In this document: positions 25,908 to 34,100 of the stretch, piece after piece | Layout: every line of letters starts with the position of its first letter | How positions within the stretch are numbered: the stretch's first letter is position 1 | Source: a virus | IMG/VR virus record: IMGVR_UViG_3300034954_001721 | Length of the DNA stretch: 64,000 nt | Direction: 5' to 3' (one strand) | Made by a program: the position numbers and the translations under genes | The notes under the pieces: model-generated | Told to the model about the DNA's origin: nothing | The model's database searches: none | Seen by the model: the letters and a program-made list of their open reading frames with translations, nothing else

Positions 25908-28900
25908 ATGGCTAATAATAGAGAGTTATCACAATTAGGTTCTATAGTTACAGTTGATGATTCTAATAGAAATCTTGGTATTGGAACCACAAATCCTAAC
26001 GCCATTGTAGGTGCTGATAACACTGCTAAGTTGAGTGTTGGAATCTTATCTGCTTATCAACTTTTTGGTGATGGAAGTAATCTAACTAATCTTCCTGCTG
26101 CTGGATTCCAACCAGATGCACAAGAGAATTTATATGCTGGAACAAGTGCTGGCGAATCTTCTGATGCTGACACTTGTTTTAATATTGGTATTGGTTATAG
26201 TGCTGGTGCATCATTAAATTCTGGTGATCAAAATATTTTCCTTGGATGTTGTGCTGGTAATTCTACTACTTCTGGTGGACATAACGTTTTCTTAGGATCA
26301 AAGGCTGGAGCTAATCATACTTCTGGATATTATAATATTGCTATTGGTAATTGTGCTAATGCTAGTGGAACAACTACAGGACAATATAATGTCTTTGTAG
26401 GTTGTAGTGCTGGTGATTGTGTAACGAGTGGATGTGATAATGTTTATCTTGGTCGTGGTGCTGGTAAATGTGTAACTACAGCAAGATGTAATATTGCTCT
26501 TGGATTCTTTGCTGGTAGTAAGAATCTGAGTGGACTTCATAATATTTTCTTTGGTAATAATGCTGGTGGAAATAGTTCATCAGGAAATAGTAATATCAAT
26601 ATTGGACAAAGAACAGGATTTTGTAATGCTGGTGGATGTTATAATAATTTCATAGGACATTATGCTGGATATTATAATACCACTGGTTGCACAAACAACT
26701 ACTTTGGTTATGCTGCAGGATACTCTAATACTACTGGATCTGCTAATAATATCTTTGGAGAAAATGCAGGATTTGATTTGGCGTCTGGTAGTAATAATGT
26801 TTTCATTGGAAATTATTCTGGAAAATCACAGACATCTGGAGATTGTAATATTGCTATTGGTCATAATGCATGTCTCCCCAATAAGACAGGAAGTTCTCAA
26901 TTAGCAATTGGTGCTGGTAGTACTAATTGGATTGCTGGTGATAGTTCCTTTAATGTAACGATTGCTGGTATTGCAACAGTCACAGCATCCACTGGTGTTG
27001 TTGAGGCAACTAAGTTTTGTGGTGATGGTTCTTGTTTAACTGGTCTTGGTGCTGCTGGATTCCAACCAGACTCACAAGAGAACTTATACGCTGGAACAAA
27101 TGCTGGAGCAGCATCAGATTCTGATACTTGTTTCAATATTGGTATTGGTTATAGTGCTGGATCTGCATTAAATTCTGGTGATAATAATATACTCTTAGGT
27201 TGTGAAGTTGGTAGATCCTTAACAAATGGATGCTATAATATCTTCCTTGGACTGGCTGCAGCAAAAAATACTACTAGTGGTACACATAACATTGTAATGG
27301 GTTATCTGGCTGGTTGTTCTACTAGTTTACTTGGTTCTGGTAATGTTATTCTGGGTAGTTCTGCTGCCAGGTCCATGACTGGTAATTGTAATATTGCTAT
27401 AGGATGTGATGCTAACTGGATAGGATGTGGTGGAGGTTGTAATATAATTCTTGGAAAAGCTGCAGGATATAAGAACTGTGGAAACTATAATGTCTTTTTA
27501 GGAAGGTATACTGGTGGTTATAACAGAACTGGTGCCTATAACGTCTTCCTCGGATGTGGGACAGGAAGTACCAATACTACTGGTGATTCTAACATTGCTA
27601 TTGGTTGTCAGGTGTCACTTCCATCTGCAACTGGTGATAAACAACTTGCAATTGGTAATGGGACAGATCGTTGGATTGCTGGTGATAATTCTTTCACTGT
27701 AACTATTGCCAATAAATTACTTGTTTATACTTCGGGTATTGTTACTGCATCTTCTGGTATTGTTACTTATTATGGTGATGGAAGTAATTTAACTGGTATT
27801 ACTGCAGATCAAGTAGGGGCTATTGGAAGTATAGTTAGTGATACAACACCACAACTTGGTGGAGACTTAGATGTAAATGGTAATGATATTTTTGGTACTG
27901 GTAATGTTAATCTTAGTGGTATTGTTACCGCAACTGCATTCCATACAGGTGCTGAAGGATCTGCAATTAGAGTTACATCAAACACAATCTCAGGTCCCGC
28001 AACTTTAACCATTGACCCTGCTGCTGTAGGTGATAATACAGGTAAGGTGGTAATTGCTGGTGATCTCCAAATTGATGGAACGACCACAACTGTGAATTCA
28101 ACCACGATGACAGTGGATGATAAAAACCTTGAGTTGGGCACAGGTGCTGCTAATGATGCTGCCGCAAACGGTGGTGGTATCACAATCGTATCTGGTGAAG
28201 GAAACAAGACATTCCAGTTTGAGGCAACGGGCGACAACTTAGGATCCTCTGAGAACCTAAACATTGCATCTGGTAAGGACTATAAGGTAAACAATGTATC
28301 AGTTCTTAATGCAACAACATTAGGATCCAGTGTAGTTAATTCTTCACTGACAAGTGTGGGAACACTTGGATCACTAAGAGTTTCTGGTGAGGCTGAGTTT
28401 GAGGATGATCTAAGAATATACAATGGCGAAGATATATTTTTCTATACTGGTACTGGAGGATCAGCAACTGCAGATATATTTGCTCACAGCGGTGGATTAA
28501 ACATAAATCAATTATCTGGAGACTTTAAGGTTGCGGTCACTGGCGGTAACAGCGATGGAGACTGTATTATGCAGCTTCCTACTGCCGGTAATTTTGTCGT
28601 CACAAACAATAATGTTGAAAAGTTAAATGTTAACAGTTCTGGTATTAATGTAACTGGTGTTGCTACATTTTCTGGTGATATAACTGCAAACGGAAATATT
28701 GTAGGTGATAACTCTACAAATATAACTGGTATTAATCAAGTAACTGCTACCACATTCTCTGGTGCTTTGAGTGGTAATGCAACGTCTGCAACCACTGCAA
28801 CTAATGTAACTGTAACGGCAAATAATGGTACTAATGAAACCGTATATCCAGTATTCGTTGATGGAGCTACTGGATCACAGGGTGCCGAAACTGATACTGC

Positions 28901-31085
28901 ATTAAGTTATAATCCATCAACGGATACTCTTACTGCTGGTACTTTTAGTGGTGCTTTGAGCGGTAATGGAGCAGCAATAACTGCTTTAAACGCAAGTGAA
29001 CTCTCTTCGGGTGTTGTGCCAGCAGCAAGAATGTCTGGATTATATAATATAGAGTCTGCTACCTTTACAGTAACTGCTAATAACTCTACAAATGAAACTG
29101 TATATCCAGTATTTGTAGACGGTGCTACCGGTTCTCAAGGTGCTGAAACTGATACTGGACTAAGTTATAATCCAAGTTCGGGTACATTATCTGCCACCAC
29201 ATACTTTGGTGATGGTTCAAATCTAACTGGTATTACTGCATCGGGAACTGGTGCTATTGGTGGTCTTACCGTAAAGGATGAGGGGTCTGTAGTTGGAACT
29301 GCTGGTAGTGTTAGCACCTTTGATTTTGTTGGTAGTTCCGTTGTTGTTGCTGCAACAAGTGGTGCTTCGGGTATTGCTACAGTTACTATTAGTAGTGAAT
29401 TTAATGCTGATGCTGACTTAAACTTATTTGCTTCTAATACTTGCTCCGGATGTAACCTTGACGGAACTAATGGTTGTTTTAATGTTTTCTTAGGTTGGTA
29501 TGCAGGAAAATCAGTTACAAGTGGTGATAATAATGTTTTCTTAGGAAAATGTGCCGGTAATTCTAATAATACTGGGGAATACAATTTATTCTTTGGTAAA
29601 TATGCAGGTAAAGAATTTACTGGTAATAGTTATGGCAATATTGCGATTGGATGTAAAGCAGCAAGTGAAGCAACGGGAGGTAATAATAATATATTCCTTG
29701 GTGGATATAATGTAAGGAATTTATCTGCCGGTGAAGATAACATAGTTATGGGCACTAGTGCCGGAGATTCTCTTACCACCGCATGTAGAAATATTTTTAT
29801 TGGATGTAAGGCAGGGCAAGACGCAACGACAGCAAAACATAATGTTTATGTCGGTACATACGCAGGAAAAGCTAGTGCAACAACATGCTATAATTCTTTC
29901 TTTGGTGGATTTGCTGGAGGTGAACATAGTGATGGAAATTATAATTTCTATGGTGGATATGCTGCTGGAGGATTAAAAGGAGCTTATAATGTTGCTTTTG
30001 GAAAATATGCAAGAAGAGAAAAATGTGGTGACCATAACATTGCCATGGGACAATGTGCCGCAGGTAAATGCACCGCATGTAATACTCATAATATTACTAT
30101 GGGTTATTTTTCAGCAGCATGTATTACCACCGGTAGTAATAATATTTTCTTAGGACAATGTACTGCTGCTACTGGAACAGTAACTGGTAATTGTAATGTT
30201 GTTATTGGTACGAATGCTGGTCTTGCATTAGCACAAGGGTCTTTCAACGTTGCTATTGGTCAGCAAGCACTTAAATGTAATATTAGTCAAAATTCAATTG
30301 TTGCTATAGGAAATGCGGCAGGATTGAACGCTACCAATGCTCAAACTTCAATTTTTATAGGAAATAAAGCAGGAACATGTCAAGGTAATGGAGTTAAAAA
30401 TTTATTCCTAGGATCCTATGCTGGTACAGGTAGTGGCACAGTTTCCCATAATGACGGGGATTGTAATACCTTCATAGGACACTATGCTGGAAATGCAACG
30501 TGTAGTGGTAGTAAAAATACTTTCCTTGGATACTCTGCTGGATGTAGTAATACTCAAGGTTGTTGCAATATTTTCATAGGACAACAAGCAGGAAATACAA
30601 ATACTACTGGAAATAAAAATATTGCTATTGGATGGGATGTAGAACTTCCAAGTGCCACAGGAGATAAGCAATTTGCAATAGGACATGAACAGGGTCGTTG
30701 GATTACTGGTGATAGTTCCTTTAACGTAACAGTATCGACCGCATCAACATTCTCAAGCAGTGGTATTAACGTTGTTGGTGTTGTAACTGCAACAGATTTC
30801 AACGCTACATCAGATGCAAGACTGAAGACTAATGTTCAGGTAATTTCAGATCCATTAGATAAAATTGTTAGAATTGATGGTGTATCTTTCGATTGGATTG
30901 AAAATAATAAACCATCGATGGGTGTTATTGCCGACAACATTGAAGAAGTTGTACCAGAACTGGTCAGCGATACCGATCCTAAGACGGTTAACTACAATGG
31001 TCTTATCGGTCTCCTGATTGAGGTTGTTAAGGAGCAGCAGACGCAGATTGATTCTCTCAACGAAAGATTATCTAGACTGGAATAA
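25908..31085 (+). CDS. Giant Cys-rich repeat tail fibre with C-terminal S74 intramolecular chaperone
   Basis: Three NxFxGxxAG repeat cassettes; C-terminal TSDARLKTN...GVSFDW...GVIA...VNYNGLIGLLIEVVKE plus coiled coil. Confidence 0.85.
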   Translation: MANNRELSQLGSIVTVDDSNRNLGIGTTNPNAIVGADNTAKLSVGILSAYQLFGDGSNLTNLPAAGFQPDAQENLYAGTSAGESSDADTCFNIGIGYSAGASLNSGDQNIFLGCCAGNSTTSGGHNVFLGSKAGANHTSGYYNIAIGNCANASGTTTGQYNVFVGCSAGDCVTSGCDNVYLGRGAGKCVTTARCNIALGFFAGSKNLSGLHNIFFGNNAGGNSSSGNSNINIGQRTGFCNAGGCYNNFIGHYAGYYNTTGCTNNYFGYAAGYSNTTGSANNIFGENAGFDLASGSNNVFIGNYSGKSQTSGDCNIAIGHNACLPNKTGSSQLAIGAGSTNWIAGDSSFNVTIAGIATVTASTGVVEATKFCGDGSCLTGLGAAGFQPDSQENLYAGTNAGAASDSDTCFNIGIGYSAGSALNSGDNNILLGCEVGRSLTNGCYNIFLGLAAAKNTTSGTHNIVMGYLAGCSTSLLGSGNVILGSSAARSMTGNCNIAIGCDANWIGCGGGCNIILGKAAGYKNCGNYNVFLGRYTGGYNRTGAYNVFLGCGTGSTNTTGDSNIAIGCQVSLPSATGDKQLAIGNGTDRWIAGDNSFTVTIANKLLVYTSGIVTASSGIVTYYGDGSNLTGITADQVGAIGSIVSDTTPQLGGDLDVNGNDIFGTGNVNLSGIVTATAFHTGAEGSAIRVTSNTISGPATLTIDPAAVGDNTGKVVIAGDLQIDGTTTTVNSTTMTVDDKNLELGTGAANDAAANGGGITIVSGEGNKTFQFEATGDNLGSSENLNIASGKDYKVNNVSVLNATTLGSSVVNSSLTSVGTLGSLRVSGEAEFEDDLRIYNGEDIFFYTGTGGSATADIFAHSGGLNINQLSGDFKVAVTGGNSDGDCIMQLPTAGNFVVTNNNVEKLNVNSSGINVTGVATFSGDITANGNIVGDNSTNITGINQVTATTFSGALSGNATSATTATNVTVTANNGTNETVYPVFVDGATGSQGAETDTALSYNPSTDTLTAGTFSGALSGNGAAITALNASELSSGVVPAARMSGLYNIESATFTVTANNSTNETVYPVFVDGATGSQGAETDTGLSYNPSSGTLSATTYFGDGSNLTGITASGTGAIGGLTVKDEGSVVGTAGSVSTFDFVGSSVVVAATSGASGIATVTISSEFNADADLNLFASNTCSGCNLDGTNGCFNVFLGWYAGKSVTSGDNNVFLGKCAGNSNNTGEYNLFFGKYAGKEFTGNSYGNIAIGCKAASEATGGNNNIFLGGYNVRNLSAGEDNIVMGTSAGDSLTTACRNIFIGCKAGQDATTAKHNVYVGTYAGKASATTCYNSFFGGFAGGEHSDGNYNFYGGYAAGGLKGAYNVAFGKYARREKCGDHNIAMGQCAAGKCTACNTHNITMGYFSAACITTGSNNIFLGQCTAATGTVTGNCNVVIGTNAGLALAQGSFNVAIGQQALKCNISQNSIVAIGNAAGLNATNAQTSIFIGNKAGTCQGNGVKNLFLGSYAGTGSGTVSHNDGDCNTFIGHYAGNATCSGSKNTFLGYSAGCSNTQGCCNIFIGQQAGNTNTTGNKNIAIGWDVELPSATGDKQFAIGHEQGRWITGDSSFNVTVSTASTFSSSGINVVGVVTATDFNATSDARLKTNVQVISDPLDKIVRIDGVSFDWIENNKPSMGVIADNIEEVVPELVSDTDPKTVNYNGLIGLLIEVVKEQQTQIDSLNERLSRLE
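27065..27130 (+). repeat. 66-nt exact repeat, copy 1 (cassette head)
   Basis: Identical to 31665-31730. Confidence 0.9.
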
Positions 31086-31134
31086 TTCCTAAATACTTGT
31101 ACTATTAACTACCCAGTGTATACGAGGACGGTAG

Positions 31135-34100
31135 ATGGCAATTAAGATATCGGGTTCTACTATAATTGATGATAGTAGAAATATTGTTAATGCAGGAGTG
31201 GTAACTGCTACATCATTTTCTGGTTCTGGTGCTTCACTGACTGCTGTTGATGCTGCCACTTTGGATGGTGTTGATTCTACTTCCTTCCTCCGCAGTGATG
31301 CTGCTGATTCCAAGAGTTCTGGTGATTTAACCTTCAACGACAATATTAAGGCTAGTTTTGGTACTGATGGTGACTTAAAGCTTTACAGTAATAATGTTCA
31401 TTCATATATTTCAAATTATTCTGGTCAATTGTTTATTGACCAGGAAGTTGGCGATGGATATATTAACATAAGAAACGATAATGGTAGTGGTTCACCGACA
31501 GATTATATTGTCGCTCATGGTGGTAGTGGTGAGGTTAGACTTTATCATTATGGTACTCAGAAACTTGCCACTAAGTCCACTGGTGTGACTGTTAGTGGTA
31601 GCTTGTGTGCTACTACGCTTTATGGTGATGGAAGTAATATAACTAATATTGCTGCTGGATTCTCACCAGACTCACAAGAGAACTTATACGCTGGAACAAA
31701 TGCTGGAGCAGCATCAGATTCTGATACTTGCTACAATATAGCACTTGGTTGTAGTGCTGGTAATGCATTAAATTCTGGTGATTATAATGTATTCTTGGGT
31801 AATGCAGCAGGTCAAGCAGTCACCAGTGGTACTGCTAATATCTTCCTTGGACGTGATGCAGGATACTGTACTACCGATGGGGGATGTGTTTTTGCTGCAG
31901 GTTTTTATGCTGCAAAGTGTCGTAATAGTAACAATGATATCTTTATTGGTACTTATGCCGGTATGGGTTGCAACGGAGCAACTGGTGGATGTAACATTGC
32001 CCTTGGTTATCACGCAGGAAATTGTGGAACTACTGGTTCTAATAGTATTTTCTTAGGAAGATATGCTGGTAAAAATACCACTACTGGAAATTATAATATC
32101 TTCTTTGGAGGTATGGCAGGACAATGCAACACCACTGGAACTTGTAATGTTGCTGCAGGTGTTTTTGCTGCAAAGTGCCGTAATAGCTCTAATGGTGTCT
32201 TTATTGGTCGGTATGCTGGTATGGGTTGCAACGGAGCAACTGGTGCCGAGAACATTATGCTTGGCAATGAAGCAGGAAAATGTAGCACAACTGGTGCTAA
32301 TAATGTTTTTCTTGGAAGTGAGGTAGGTAAATGTGTCACTACTGGTGGATATAACGTTATATTTGGTAATAGGGCAGCAAAATGTCTAACCACTGGTGCT
32401 AATAATGTTTTCTTAGGAAAATATGTTGCTTATGGTGCAAATGTAACTGGAGATGATAATATTTCTCTTGGTAGATGTTCAGGACTTTGTTTAACTAGTG
32501 GTGGATACAACATCTTCTTTGGTTGTAGTGCAGGAAGATGCATGGCCGATGGAGAGTATAATGTTTTTATTGGTAAAAATGCTGGTTGTACTAATACCAC
32601 TGGTAGTTATAACATTGCTATTGGAGATGCAGTAACACTTCCATCTGCAACGGGCAGTGGTCAGTTAGAAATTGGTTATTCAGCTGGCCGTTGGATTAGT
32701 GGTAATAGTTCTTATACTGTATGTTTGGCTAACAGCAGTAACATTAAGGCATTTGAAAATGGCACAATGTGTGCTACTTGTTTCGTTGGATGTGGTGCTG
32801 GTTTAACTGGAATTGATGCTGGATTTGATCCAGACGCAGATGAGAACTTAGTAGCGGGTACTAATGCTGGTGCTTCTCTTGATGGTTCGAGTGGTTGTTA
32901 TAATGTTTTCTTAGGATTAAAGGCTGGTAATTCTGCTACTAGTGGTGCTGGAAATGTTTATATTGGTTGTTGTGCTGGAGAGTCAGACGCTACTGGAATT
33001 CGTAATGTTGCAATTGGTCAAGGTGCTGCTTGTGACTTTACTGCTGGCAATCAAAACGTCTTCTTGGGATATGGTGTAGCTAATGGAAACACTGGTACTA
33101 TAGGATGTAATGTAATTATTGGAGACACTGCTGGTTGTAATCAAAAGCAGTACAGCACAATTATTGGAGCAAAAGCTGGTGGTGAAAACACTGGTACTAA
33201 TTGTGGCAGTACTTTCATAGGACATCGGGCAGGATATTATAATAGTGCTGATTGTAATATTGCAATTGGTGTAGATGCAGGAAGAAGAACTACTGGAGAT
33301 TATTCAATTGCTATTGGATATTATGCTGGAGAATGTGTAAAAGGTGCTTACAATATTTCTATGGGATATTGTGCCCTGAAGGGTGGTACTGGAGGAGCTA
33401 CTAGTACTAATAATATTGCTATCGGTTGTGAAGCTGGTAAGGGTACAACTTCTGGTAATAATAATATTGCTATTGGAGCACAGTCATTATCCTCAAATAC
33501 GACTAGTAGTTGTAGTGTTGCCATAGGTTTTATGGCTGGAAAAAATGCTACTGGTGCCGATAACACTTTCATTGGTCGATATGCGGGAGCGGGTTGTAGT
33601 GGATCAAGTGGTGCATATAATATTGCAATTGGTAATCAGGCATTAAGCTGTGTAGGATCAACTAGCAGCAGTATTGCGCTAGGAACTAATGCTGGTAAAT
33701 GTAATATTGGATCATATAATATTTTATTTGGTGGTTATGCTGGTAGAGGAAGTTCTACAGTTACTGACAATACTGGTGGTGGTAATATCTTTGTTGGAAG
33801 ATATTCTGGATCATCAATTACTAGTGGTGTTTGTAATATTGCTATTGGATGCAAAGCTCTGTCCACAAACGCTGAAGGAACTCATAATATTGCAATTGGT
33901 AATGGGGCAGGTGAGAATTCTATGCCAGATGCCACTTGTACTGGTCACTGTAATATATTCATTGGTAGGAATGCAGGTTATAATGCAAATAAGACCCAAT
34001 ATTCTTGTTCCAATATTGCGATAGGTGCTAATGCGGGATATAAAGCTGCATATAATTGCAATGTCTTTATCGGAAATAATGCTGGTAAATGCAATGCTAA

